Assembly: GCF_006345805.1 (NCBI RefSeq) | Contig: NW_021835908.1 | Location: 1 to 37,708 of the forward strand | Length of the DNA stretch: 37,708 nucleotides | DNA from: Octopus sinensis | Taxonomy: Eukaryota | Direction of reading: 5' to 3' | Shown here: piece by piece, positions 11,845-23,444 of the stretch | Layout of the letters: every line of letters starts with the position of its first letter | Numbering within the stretch: the stretch's first letter is position 1 | Position numbers and translations under genes: made by a program | Notes under the pieces: model-generated | Told to the model about the DNA's origin: nothing | The model's input: the letters and a program-made list of their open reading frames with translations, nothing else | Databases searched by the model: none

Positions 11845-12172
11845 TCGAGTTCAGTCCCACTGCGTGGAACCTTGGGCAAGTACTTCTACCTGAGGCCGAT
11901 CAAAGCCCTTTGAGTGGATTCGGTAGACAGAAACTGAAAGAATCCCGTCGTGTGTATATATATATGTATATACCTATGTGTGTGTGTTTTTGTGTCTGTG
12001 CTTGTCTCCCGCTACTGCTTGATAACCGGTGTTGGTGTGTTTACATCCCCGTAGCGTAGCGGTTCGGCAAAAGGGTCGATAGAATAAGTCAATTTGTTCG
12101 ACTAAAACCCTTCAAGGCGGTGCTCCAGCATGGTAATAGTCAGATGACTGAAACAAGTAAAAGATAAAAGAT
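11845..12172 (+). mobile_element. SINE-A
   Basis: GTTCAGTCCCACTGCGTGG..CCTTGGGCAAGT, internal (TA)(TG) slot, and 3' end GAAACAAGTAAAAG. Confidence 0.88.
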
Positions 12173-12400
12173 AACTTTGGAAAGATACTAAACCCCATAA
12201 AACAATCCCAGATTTTAAAACAATTCCGGACTTTAAATATCAATAAAAAAAACATGTAAAACACGTCCACGAGAAAAAAAAGAAGATATTTAACATATAA
12301 TTTTAACTTAGATTATATTTTATCATATGGGAACTGGTATATGAAATGCCTTATTAATATAACCATGTTTTTTGTAGTAGTTTCGACAGTACATATTCTA

Positions 12401-12966
12401 TTGGGTTGTCCGGAAAGTTCGTGCTAATTTATAGAAGTTTACCTTTCGACTTATTTTAGAATATGGTTGAGTGCATAAAATAGGATTTGACTGCACCTCC
12501 ATTTAGAGCACGGTTTAAGCAATCTTTTCGTGGAAGAAGGTTTATGTTCCTATAACCTGTGTTAATTCTGTAACCCTTTAAAATGGAAGATAAGAAAGTT
12601 CCTTTTCGGCACTTGATGCTTTGGGAACCAGATAAAAATTGCTGCAGCTCGGTTGGGATGTGTTACCCCACCCTCCATGTTCACCAGATATTGCTCCTTC
12701 GGATTTCCACTTATTCAGGTCTCAGCAGAACAATTTTAATGGTAAAGATCTCAATTCCTTGGATGACGTAAAAAGACATCTTGGTGAATTTTTTGCCATG
12801 AAACCACCTCAGTTCTAGAAAGAAGGTATTTTCAAATTAAAGGAAAGATGGAGACTCATTGTGCAACAAGATGGTTCATATTTGGTCGATTAAAAATGTA
12901 ATGGCAAGTATTTATTGACCTTTTTCTTTCCTTTAAAAATCGGCACGAACTTTCCGGACAACCCAA
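12401..12966 (+). mobile_element. internally deleted mariner (566 bp), mellifera-like
   Basis: Perfect 24-bp TIRs TTGGGTTGTCCGGAAAGTTCGTGC (12401-12424 / 12943-12966) with TA on both sides. MEDKKVPFRHLMLWE is fused out of frame to LLQLGWDVLPHPPCSPDIAPSDFHLFRS...ERWRLIVQQDGSYLVD*. Confidence 0.95.
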
Positions 12967-13760
12967 TAATAAACATCTGATCAATTCTACTTCTCGCTGT
13001 TCTGATCAATTCTACTTCTCGCAGTTTATGTCTTACCTTAAAAAGTATAGATTTAGATCTAAAAGAATAAAGATGTACGTTTTATTAATGCTCTTAATGT
13101 GGATGTTTTCGAAGGAGCGTGATGTTTAACTTTAACCTTGGTGAGTAGGAGAAAAAATATTTCAGTAGTTGCTGAAAAACAAGGCAGTGAAAAGGGTTAA
13201 TAAAAAATCTTGACTATAAACAGAAGCGATATTCGTAGCTGTATTTTCCTTGTGATGTATTAAACTAGCATTTTTCAGGTGTGTTTTTTTCAGCATTGAG
13301 TTTGATCTTGCTGTATAAACTCCTTCTGTTCTCTATTAATTTGTTTATAACATTCTTCAGGGACGAGGTTGGTATATTTTTATAACTCACGAAATAATTA
13401 ATTTAAGTTCTTTTTCCGCCCATAATATTGGATGCATCAAGCACTTCTAAAGTAAAATGCTCTGAAACCCTTGCTTTGTAAAGCAAAGAGAAATTAAAAA
13501 AAATATTTACTCAATTTGTTTTTGTCGAAATATAAAGATAAATGCTTTCAGCAGTAACACGACAATAAATGCCAACGATCTTGGAATATGCTGAGGAATC
13601 ATTTGCATGAACTCTACTTCCATCATTAGGTTTCGAAATTTCTTTAATTTAATTACTAAAAATCAAATCACTTTAACGCTAATATCAACAAGAATTCTTT
13701 GATTTTTCAATATAGAATTTCTGCTTTAATGTCCAAATGAAATTTATTTATGTCAATTTT

Positions 13761-14045
13761 GTAAGGCGCATGGACTTGTAGTTAGGGTGTTGGGCTCATA
13801 ATCGCATGGTCGTTGTTTCGATTCTCAGATTGGGTGGTGGGTTGTGTCCTTGAGCATGGCATTTCATTTCACATTGCTCCAGTGTACTCAATCTAAAAGA
13901 GATACCAACAACAGCTGGCGGTGATGAACCTACGACGAGCCGGTGTTCCTTTCAGTTGTTGGGGGTATTGTAATCTAGGGCTGTTATACGCCGTGGAAAC
14001 TGGATAAGCTCCTGGCCCAAAGATCTTTCAGGTCCGCGACAGCCC
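13761..14045 (+). mobile_element. SINE-B (body Y), old copy
   Basis: AAGGCGCATGG..GTTAGGG..TTTCGATTC..GTGTCCTTGAGCA. Confidence 0.75.
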
Positions 14046-14594
14046 TAAATCATCCGAAATTGTTGCAGCCACACCAATTTAATCTTTTAAGGTGGAAAGA
14101 ACAAGCAAGGTAGACGGCATTGTTTTCATCAATGCAGAGGTTTTGATTTATGGTGATTGGCTTCTGTAATTTTTTGAAATTCTGCTTATCATCTAGGATC
14201 ATCACTCAAATATGAATAAAAAATATTCTGGGCAAGTTTTCTAAATAACTTGGCAGGTTTTAAAAGCACACAAGTGCAAAGAATGACAAACACAAGGCTG
14301 TATGAAGATCTGATGATTGTTCTGCTTCAACAAATGTTGAATTTTTCTTGTTTCTTTTCAACGCATTAGAATGATTTGCCATTAAAAACATATCTCCCCC
14401 GGACTCTTCGATTATTTCTTTTTTTTTTCTATTTGAAAAGAGTCCGTTTTCCCGAAATATTATAGTATCGTTAGACAACCTCTGTAAAGTAATTCAATAT
14501 TTTTTCTCTTTGTTTCCATTCATTGACATCGTCTTCCACATTTTGCTGAACTCCTTGTTTGCATTGCTCAAATGTTTTGTCAAGCATTCATCTC

Positions 14595-14860
14595 CTTGTG
14601 CTGAGAATGTTGTACTCACGATTGCAAAATTGTGGTTTCGATTCACGGATCGGGCAGAGCGTTGTGTTCATCAGCAAAACATACTTTATTTCATTTTGTT
14701 CCTGTCCAATCAACTGTAATTGAATAACCTCCCAAGGGACTGGCGTCCCGTTGAGGGTGACTATTGTGATTTAGGTCACTTATATACTATGTAAACCGGG
14801 CAATCGGCTCTATGAGTAGTCGGACTCGATAGGGTAATGTCCGGGGGTTGCAGTCGCTGT
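14595..14860 (+). mobile_element. SINE-B (body Y), old copy
   Basis: TGTGGTTTCGATTC..GCGTTGTGT..GGGACTGGCGTCCCGT. Confidence 0.65.
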
Positions 14861-15027
14861 TGTTGTTATTGTTGTGTTGTTGATATTGTTGTTGTTGATG
14901 ATGATGATGACACATTTATAAATTTCAAAAGCAGTTAGTTGTGCCTTTAATGCACCAAACTGTTAGATAATTGCCCACAGTATCATAAATATCTTTATCA
15001 TAATATAATATTAGTATCATAATATAA

Positions 15028-15302
15028 GTGAAGGCGTGTGGCCTAATGGTTAGGCTATTGCAATCATGATTGCTAGATCGTGGGTTCGATTCCCAGACCG
15101 GGTGGCACGTTGTATTTTTGAGCTAAACAGTTCATTTCATGTTGCCCCAGTCCAATTCCACTTTCGATTAGAGTGGAATGTTGACCTGCTCGCCAAGGCA
15201 GCGGGGTGGCGTCATTCGGAGGCTAAAGGATGCAAGGCGCACCTTGACCAGTGATGTGTTACAACGTCTGATAGTCTGGTTGGTCACGTGGCCACATGAT
15301 CA
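15028..15302 (+). mobile_element. SINE-B (body Y, tail T4 ending GGTCACGTG)
   Basis: GTGAAGGCGTGTGGCCTAATGGTTAGG..GGGTTCGATTCCCAGACCGGG. Confidence 0.8.
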
Positions 15303-15377
15303 TAACATATCAGAAAGCTATCAGAATATGCTTCTTAAGAGTAGAAATGCCTGCTGTTTTAGAAATATTGATTTCAA

Positions 15378-15585
15378 ATTTTTGCACAAGGCCAGCAATT
15401 TCGGCAGGGGGGGCGGGGTAAGTCGATTACCTCAACCCCAGTGCTCAACTGGTACTTATTTAATCGACCCCGAAAGAATGAAAGGCAAAGCCGACTCCTG
15501 CGGGATTTGAACTTAGGACGTAAGGACGAACGAAATGCTGCTAAACATTTTGCCTGGTGTGTTAACGATTCTGCCAGCTCTCAGC
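15378..15585 (-). mobile_element. SINE-C2
   Basis: AAGTCGATTAC..AATCGACCCCGAAAGAATGAAAGGCAAAG..TTCTGCCAGCTC. Confidence 0.85.
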
Positions 15586-16267
15586 CTTTGTTGTTTGGAA
15601 ACATCAGAAGAAAATTTCATCCCTTTTGACTTCGAAACAAGGTTATTGAAGTCATGTTTGCCAATCACATTAGAATATCGGCAAATTCCTTTCGTCATAG
15701 CATACTCGATACATTTTTTGGTATTTTCGAATCTGGAAAAATGTTGGCAATGAGATGAGGTAAATGACTTAAAAGAATAATAACTATTGAATTAATTCCT
15801 GCGTTTAATTCACAGAAATTAAACTCAGCAGCTGAGATCTTTGCTGAATGGATTCAAAATTGGTTAGGTTTCATTAAATCAGCTCTTCTGAAGTGTACTT
15901 TGTCAATTTAGTTTTATTCAAAAAATAATTCTGTCATTTCGCATACAAACTATTCTACAATTCATAATTTACGTAAATTATTACTTGGAAACAAGGTAGA
16001 AGAAAATATTTTTTTCATGAGTCAATAAACTTAAACGGTGTTATTCTTTCGTAAAAGAGCCGTGGGCTTCCGTCTGTGTTCTTTTATTTTAGAAATGCTA
16101 ACTTCTATTTTTATAACTATCTGAGCAAATATCTTTATTATTCTGTTCATTCATAATAGCCTCGCAAAGAGAGAGAGAGAGAGAGGGGGAGAGAGAGAGA
16201 GGGGAGAGAGAGAGAGAGAGAGAGCACAAAGCATTTTTATAAGATACCTGTTAAAATGAACGATACC

Positions 16268-16507
16268 TATTTCTTTACCACCCACAAGGGGCTAAACACA
16301 GAGGGAACAAACAAGGACAGACAAACGGATCAAGTCGATTACATCGACCCCCAGTGCGTAACTGGTACTTAATTTATCGACCCCCGAAAGGATGAAAGGC
16401 AAAGTCAACCTCGGCGGAATTTGAACTCAGAACGTAACGGCAGACGAAATACGGCTGCGCATTTCGCCCGGCGTGCTAACGTTTCTGCCAGCTCGCCGCC
16501 TAGTATC
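16268..16507 (-). mobile_element. SINE-C1, full length, with 18-bp TSD
   Basis: GTTAAAATGAACGATACC at 16250-16267 and 16508-16525. Confidence 0.95.
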
Positions 16508-16789
16508 GTTAAAATGAACGATACCACGCAACGGAACACTGTATGAGCTATAATTAAAATTAAGGCAGCAACGTGAAGCGGAGAAACACGTCCCATGGTT
16601 GAGTCACAATACCCTCAACCTCTACGCTTCCTTCCACATTTGCGTAATAAACTAGATAGATTTTAATGCCCATGTACCACATGTAAGAATTGTTATCGTT
16701 TTAAGAATGCGTGTGGAACGTAAAAATATCAACTTTGAGAATTATTTTAGCCGGAAAATACAGCCATAGCTCGCAATAGGACTTGGTAA

Positions 16790-17045
16790 CATCTGCCACT
16801 CCCGCTATACTCGCTATCCTCCAGTTGTCCTGTATCTATTGTGTATAAGTGACCGAGATCCCAACCTCTATTCCGAACAGGACGCCAGACCGTCGGAAAA
16901 TTACTCATTTACAGCTGAGGGGAATGGAAAAACGTTAAACGAAATTCTTTACTCAAAAACACAACGCACTTCCCGGTTCGGGAATCGAAACCGCGATCTT
17001 GCGATTGTGAACGCAACACCCTAACCACGAGGCCACGCGCCTTCA
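16790..17045 (-). mobile_element. SINE-B (body Y), old copy
   Basis: Reverse complement reads TGAAGGCGCGTGGCCTCGTGGTTAGGG..GGTTTCGATTCCCG. Confidence 0.8.
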
Positions 17046-17078
17046 AAACATGTACTGTCCCTTCACTAACTGTTTTAG

Positions 17079-17257
17079 GAAATCATGTAGTCGCAGCAGC
17101 CGCTGTCTTTGCCATCATTATTCTTGACTCATCGGAGTATCTAGGATTTAACAGCTTGAAACAGGGAGCGGCATTCAGTGGCTTCTCGTTTCTAAGAAGA
17201 TTAAGGGATCTTGAAATGAAGGGATTTGCTGAAGAACACAACGTGCCAGCCGATTGA
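17079..17257 (+). CDS. candidate terminal coding exon of an unidentified membrane protein
   Basis: Branch point CACTAAC (17064-17070) and TTTTAG acceptor (AG 17077-17078). One long open frame (phase 1): xNHVVAAAAVFAIIILDSSEYLGFNSLKQGAAFSGFSFLRRLRDLEMKGFAEEHNVPAD*. It is followed by about 750 bp free of recognisable repeats, with AATAAA at 17518, 17734 and 17918. Confidence 0.55.
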
Positions 17258-18064
17258 ACCCGTGATTTTATGGCCATCACATTTACCACTCGGCTATACA
17301 ACTCTACGAGTTCTGAGTAACGATTTATTATTAATACAAAATTCCTAAAGCCTGTCAAAAATATCGGACTAAACATAGAACGGGAATTTTGTTCGAACAT
17401 CACGATTTTCGCGGTACTGTTTGGCTGACTTCATCAAGCATACAGTACATCTATCCTCGTTTATCACGGGGATTTGGTTCCAAAAAGCAGTGAAAAATGA
17501 AGCAGTGAAAAATGAATAATAAAGCATATGGGGAAAAAAAGTTTCGTTCCAAGACCCCAAGTTATCGTGAAGGCATTGCTGGGGTGCACTTTTGCGGTCC
17601 ATACAAAATATATGACTGATCACGGACCCTGTGATAACGTCAATTCGGGATAAACGTAACACTATTCACAATAAGCGTACCGAGTCATTCTGGATTAGTG
17701 TTGAATGATCCAGTGATAAACGAGGATAGATGTAATAAACAAATGCAGATCTTCCAATAACCTTTTACTCGCCCCATCCCTGATCAACCAACCACGTGCT
17801 CTTCAAACATTCAATCAGAAATGTTACAAAGATTAACGAACATTTTACAAGATTGAATGTTGATTTAATGTAAAAATTCTATTTTAAGCCCACAAAAAAA
17901 AACAAAAAAACGGAAGCAATAAACCTACAACATACAGCAGTAGTAGAAACAATAACATTTAAAAAAAGGGTTAAAAACAAATAGAAATTAAATGTTTTCT
18001 TAAATGTTTGTTTTCTTAAAAAAAATAATTTTCTTCATTTGCCAAAATAAAAAAAAATTAAATG

Positions 18065-18353
18065 AATCCAATGTATGTATGTATAAATGTATGTATGTAT
18101 GTATGTATGCATGTATGTATACACACGCATACATGTATATACACACGTGCACGCACAACACACACATATACATATACATGTATGCATAAGTATACACATG
18201 TATATACATACATACATACATATATATATATATATGTATATATATACATATGTATATATATATACATATATATATATATATACATATATATATACATATA
18301 TATACATATATATACATATATATATATACATATATACACACACACACACACAC

Positions 18354-18404
<51 letters not shown>

Positions 18405-18432
18405 TATATATATGTATGTATGTATGTGTGTG
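18065..18432. repeat. compound (GTAT)/(CA)/(TA) microsatellite
   Basis: Seen directly. Confidence 0.95.
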
Positions 18433-19367
18433 TGAGTGTAATCGTTTACTGACACAGATATTAAATGTAAATTGTTTGTTTGTTTATTTCTTTCCTTCTT
18501 TCTTTTCTCTTTCGTTCTTGTTAAAACACAACAAAACAAAAAGTACTTGTTTATTTCGATAATACTCAAATCAACAGCTCGTCAGATTTAGTATTAAACT
18601 GGAATAATCACAAAAAAACTCTTTAAGAAAAACACAAAAAGCAAGAACAACAAACAAAAATAAACAAACCTATAAAAAATTTATGTATTGTTTTCTAAAA
18701 TGATAATTTTTCGTTCTTTTTTTTTAACTATGCAATTTCCTAATTTTTCTTTCGTGAGATAAATTATATTTGCAATAAAAATTTAGTCGAAATTGTTATT
18801 TTGTATCGTTTGTGCAAGTTGACAACACGACAGAGTGTAGGTTCGCATTCTCTCTTGTCACTGCAACTGTAGGATATTTCATGCTTGTCCATAGAGGCAA
18901 CAAGGTCCATCTAATCATCCTTAAGGATGACTTGCGTGGTGGCTTAGTTTAAATTGAAGACGAGTTGCCACCATCAAGGTCACCTTCTCGTTCGTGACCA
19001 TCTTCAATCCAGTTGCAAGACCAGGTTGAGACAACTGGGGAAGGACACGGATGTAGTGGATTACAAAGATGTCTAAGTTGCCTCATCTTACTCTCTGCGC
19101 TCCAGAACGCGCTGCGGCATCCACCTTCCCCTCCGTTGAACAATGACGGTTTCTTTCGTAGAGTCCGCCAAATCCATTTTCCACATGCATAGTTAAGTAA
19201 GCCCTAATATGCTAATTAAGCCTTAAATGGGACCCTGACATGTACTGCTACTCCGGGTCAGAGTAGATCAAGGAACAATAGTGGCTAAGGGTGGATCTAT
19301 ATTCCTTTGAACCCGGGGGCTCCCAATGCCGGATGCAGTTTAAAGCAATAGCCAGGACGTTGTAGTA

Positions 19368-19590
19368 CGAGGGGGTACCCAAAAGTAACCACGGAAATGT
19401 TCTCCGTGGGACAAGCCCATTGTAGTTCGGGCTTCCACTTGATGCGACCCTCAGGCATCAGTCTGTCGATCGGCGTCGTCGCGTGTAGTCTTACTGTCAC
19501 GTGGTGTGTCTTTGTCTTGCAATGCTTCTCCCTTGTTCGTCGATTTTTTTGCAATGGCTGAAACGAAGAAACAGCGTAATTTCGTGAAAT
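19368..19590 (+). mobile_element. mariner 5' end (TIR, UTR and first codons)
   Basis: TA followed by CGAGGGGGTACCCAAAAGTAACC. ATG at 19554 gives MAETKKQRNFVK, resembling the mariner N-terminal EQRxxIKF motif. Confidence 0.6.
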
Positions 19591-19596
19591 ATATAA

Positions 19597-19981
19597 GTAG
19601 GAGCACTCCGTCGGTTACGACGATGAGGGTCCCAGCTGATACGATCAACGGAACAGCCTGCTCGTGGAATTAACGTGCAAGTGGCTGAGCACTCCACAGA
19701 CACGTGTACCCTTAACGTAGTTCTCGAGGAGATTCAGCGTGACACAGTGTGTGACAAGGCTGGCCCTTTGAAATACAGGTACAACAGAAACAGGAAGAAA
19801 GAGTGAGAGAAAGTTGTGGTGAAAGAGTACAGCAGGGTTCACCACCACCCCCTGCAGGAGCCTCGTGAAGCTTTAGGTGTTTTCGCTCAATAAACACTCA
19901 CAATGTCCGGTCTGGAAATCGAAACCGCGATCCTACGACCGCGAGTCCGCTGCCCTAACCACTGGGCCATTGCGCCTCCAC
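19597..19981 (-). mobile_element. SINE-B (body X, tail T3), full length, 11-bp TSD
   Basis: Intact tRNA-like head GTGGAGGCGCAATGGCCCAGTGGTTAGGGCAGCGGACTCGCGGTC..GGTTTCGATT. TSD GAAATATATAA at 19586-19596 and 19982-19992. Confidence 0.93.
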
Positions 19982-20309
19982 GAAATATATAAATAAGGTA
20001 CAAAGCCAAGTTTTTTAGTTTAATAATTCTTTTATTACCAAATTTATAATATACCTTTCAACTGCAGTCGTTTTATATTCTTGATACACTCAGGTAATAA
20101 TTATTTTCTCTAATGAGTTTGTATATGTATATGTTTGTGTAGGTGTGTGTGTGATTGCAATAATTATTTTTAATTAAACAGATAAAATATGGATGGCAAA
20201 TCAAAATAATAGACTTGTCAATGCTATCTTGTAATTGTCTCTTGAGATTTTGACATCGATTATCGTGTGTTACTGTTTCAGCGCCGAATGTTCACCACTC
20301 CACTTCCAT

Positions 20310-20310
<1 letters not shown>

Positions 20311-20344
<34 letters not shown>

Positions 20345-20357
20345 ACACACACACACA

Positions 20358-20395
<38 letters not shown>

Positions 20396-20520
20396 CACAC
20401 ACACACACACGAACACACACAACACACACACACACACACACACACACCACACACACACACGCACACACACACACACACGCACACACACACACACACTCAC
20501 ATACATACACACACACACAA
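20311..20520. repeat. (CA)n microsatellite
   Basis: Seen directly. Confidence 0.95.
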
Positions 20521-20828
20521 ACATTTATATGCTTCCTTTTGACATACACACAAATATACTCACACAGAATTGAAACGCTGTTTGATTTTTTTTTCACCCC
20601 TTCCTTCCTTATCCATCCATCACTCCTTCCCTTCTCATTCATATGCCGTGACGGAGAAAAACACAAGAGTATTATTATAGTACATTTTTATATGAGGAAA
20701 TTCTCTGCCAAAAATTTTTTTGCTTCACTTTATGTCCCACAGAAATTTGGGTGGTGAGTTTACGTCAAAATATTGGTGGGAGTTGCACGACGTTTTGAAA
20801 ACCATAATATAGGTTCCATACCAAAATT

Positions 20829-21025
20829 CAAGTGTCGGCTGAAATGTTCATAGGCTGAACAAGATTCTCTCATGGAACGTGACCGAATGAAGTTTATTTT
20901 TTTAACACACTCTACCTTGGGGGTCCACACTACCTCCATCGGTGTTGCAGCGTTTGGATCCTACTGATGAAGAGGCTTTCACCCTGTTGGTCAAAGAAGT
21001 CATCACTAGCAGATATGACGTCATT
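20829..21025 (-). mobile_element. mariner 3' end (transposase C-terminus and degenerate TIR)
   Basis: Reverse complement translates RNDNDVISASDDFFDQQGESLFISRIQTLQHRWR* and ends CAGCCTATGAACATTTCAGCCGACAC. Confidence 0.75.
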
Positions 21026-21038
21026 ATCATTGCGACAG

Positions 21039-21345
21039 TGGAGGCACATGGCCTAGTGGTTAGAGCAGCGGACTCGCTGTCGAGGGATCGCGGGTTCGAA
21101 TCTCAGACCGGGCGATGTGTGTGTTTATGAGCGAAATACCTAGGCTCCACGCGGCTCCGGCAGAAAGTAATGGCGAACTTCTGCTGACTCTTTCGCCACA
21201 ACTTTCCTCCACTCTTTCCTCCTGCATCTTGCAGCTCACCTGCGACGGACCGGCGTCCAGTCCAGGTTGGGAACCTATACGTCAAGGAAACCGGGAAACC
21301 GGCCCTGATGAGCCAGGCATGACTCGAGAAGGAACAAACAACAAC
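21039..21345 (+). mobile_element. SINE-B (body X, tail T2 ending in AAC repeats), 13-bp TSD with one mismatch
   Basis: ATCATTGCGACAG at 21026-21038 and ATCCTTGCGACAG at 21346-21358. Confidence 0.9.
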
Positions 21346-21358
21346 ATCCTTGCGACAG

Positions 21359-22316
21359 CCAACAGACAGCGATTGACTACCCTGTCAGATGCCTTGGACT
21401 GATCCAAATTGGCCAATGTCCTACCAATGCCAGATCTATTTTTAACTCTACGATATATCACATGAGCTAGAGGTTGTCGTGGATAAACCTGCTGGGGATG
21501 CAATCGAAATTTCGTGCGTTTCCGACGACACTATTGACATCATGACAACACGCGGCAAACAATTGAGGTCGACCTCAGAGCGCGCTGTCTCAGGTATACT
21601 GCTCCTTGATAGCAGTCCGGCGAAGTGCTGCCAAAAAATCTCTAATTCAGTGTTGAGAAAAGTTATGGGTCTGAAATTTTCAATTGCGTCCTCTTTGTTC
21701 GAATCCTTCCTCGGCAGAGTCACCACATCCCGGCTTACACAACTGGGAATGATCCCTGTCTGTTTCCAATTGCAGTGGATGTCTGTCACAGCTGGAGCGA
21801 ACAAGTCATACTTGTTCATAGGGAAGACCTTCCAATGCTAATTATCTTCGCACCACACGGCAGCTCTGCACATTTGCTACTTCCTCCGTCCCAAAACCGG
21901 CTTCTCGCAGCACTAAATGCTCCTGTCCGATACACGCGGCAAACCATCGAGGTAGATCTCAGAGCGCGCTGTCTCAGATATACCGCTCCTTGAAAGCAGT
22001 CCGGCGAAGTACCGCCGAAACAACGCTCTCATCTGCTTGGAATCACTGTTGGTTTCTTTGCTGCTTTCGTCCAAGACCAGCAGCCTAACGACCGGATCTA
22101 CAATAACCGTACTTACTTTTATGTCAATGTCCCCCCGAAACAGTTATGCCACGCCAAACGGTCCAGGTCGAGCAGAGGAGGTATAATACTCCTAGTCGTC
22201 CAGAAAGTGAGTAAGCGATTGCGTTTCGGAACCCTACTCTCGCTAATGGCTACTGTATCCAAACAAAATGACCTGAGGTCGTTGTGCAGGTGACCCTGCT
22301 TCCATGCTGCCTCCAA
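21359..22316 (-). mobile_element. Tx1/L1-clade LINE ORF2 remnant (APE start, linker, RT domains), rearranged
   Basis: KQGHLHNDLRSFCLDTVAISESR (APE N-terminus); VVTLPRKDSNKEDAIENFRPITFLNTELEI (RT domain 1); IPSRFIHDN and NLDQSKASDRV (RT domains 2-3, compare LDQEKAFDRV). Confidence 0.88.
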
Positions 22317-22330
22317 TCAAAGAGCATTAT

Positions 22331-22540
22331 TTTATTCTTTTACTTGTTTCAGTCATTTGACTGCGGCCATGCTGGAGCACCGCCTTTAGTCGAGCAAATC
22401 GATCCCAGGACTTATTCTTTGTCAGCCTAGTACTTATTCTATCGGTCTCTTTTGCAGAACCGCTAAGTTATGGGGACAAACACACCAGCATCGGTTGTCA
22501 AGCGATGTTGGGGGGACGAATACAGATACACAATGATACA

Positions 22541-22571
<31 letters not shown>

Positions 22572-22723
22572 CTCATATATATATATATACATATACGACG
22601 GGCTTCTTCCAGTTTCTGTCTACCAAATCCACTCACAAGGCTTTGGTCGGCCCAAGATGCCACGCAGTGGGACTGAACCCATGACCATGTGGTTGGTAAG
22701 CAAGCTACTTGCCACAAAACCAC
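22331..22723 (-). mobile_element. SINE-A, near full length
   Basis: Reverse-complement match to 33631-34193. Confidence 0.92.
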
Positions 22724-23444
22724 GTGTACAATTTATTCTTAGAATTGCCATTTTAGGAGGCGGGACAGAAACAAAAACAGTATCAGTAGAAAAATAATCA
22801 AAATACAATCTCCACTTACAAGACACACTCTATACAATAAGCACTTAATAACATAAAGCGACACAACTCGTGAAACATATTCTATATAAAATTACGGTCC
22901 AATAAGATAACATGAAAACCCTGTCGTGAACCGGTGGTATCGTTTACAACAGAAAGCAGGCAGTGTCAGTATCGTCAATTCGTAGTATCAAGTCGAGTCC
23001 CGTGTCTTTCTGTGGGTTTCGAAAAAAAAAAAAGAAAAGAAAGAACCAACGACGAATCGATACCATATATTTCTCTCTAGAATCATTTCAGGAAAAATAG
23101 ATTCAAGGTGGTTTCCTCAACAACACAAAAGCTGGGATCTCTTTGGTTTGACAGACTGGTTCCGATTTAAGTGAAAACTTCTACACAGATGTAGCTTCTC
23201 ATGCCAATTACGAAAATCACAATAATTTTCTTTGGAAAAATTAATATCGAAAACAGAGTTTTGTGATTTTTAACCAATCAGATTCATTCGTTATCTGCAT
23301 GTCTTGAATATGTTATTTAAAGTGCCTTTTATTGCCTTTTATTCTTTTATATATCTTTTATTCTTTTGGAAATGCCACGGTTTTCTTCTTGAAAAAGTAA
23401 TGATAAAAACGTTAGGAAACCTTTAAAAGTGAAAGTATTTCGAC

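Noticed and set aside
15701-15759. 59-nt exon (TAG acceptor, GTAAAT donor)
   Set aside because: Its only open frame ends in phase 2 and would put 17079 in a frame that stops after 15 codons. Unsupported without RNA data.
17083-17403. 106-aa minus-strand ORF
   Set aside because: Best explained as the antisense shadow of the plus-strand exon candidate, which has the splice signals.
17485-17514. 15-bp tandem duplication AAGCAGTGAAAAATG (similar 19-bp-period repeat at 8107-8140)
   Set aside because: Ordinary slippage duplication with no further structure.
19195-19358. Probable additional old interspersed repeat
   Set aside because: Single copy in the window; family assignment would rest on memory only.
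19909-19981. SINE-B heads as real tRNA genes
   Set aside because: No closing acceptor stem, and each continues into SINE body sequence.
19368-21025. The two mariner ends as one element
   Set aside because: TIR sequences differ and are not inverted relative to each other.
21304-21332. CTGATGAGCC..ACTCGAGAA as a hammerhead
   Set aside because: No GAAA or stem III; it is a SINE tail hairpin.
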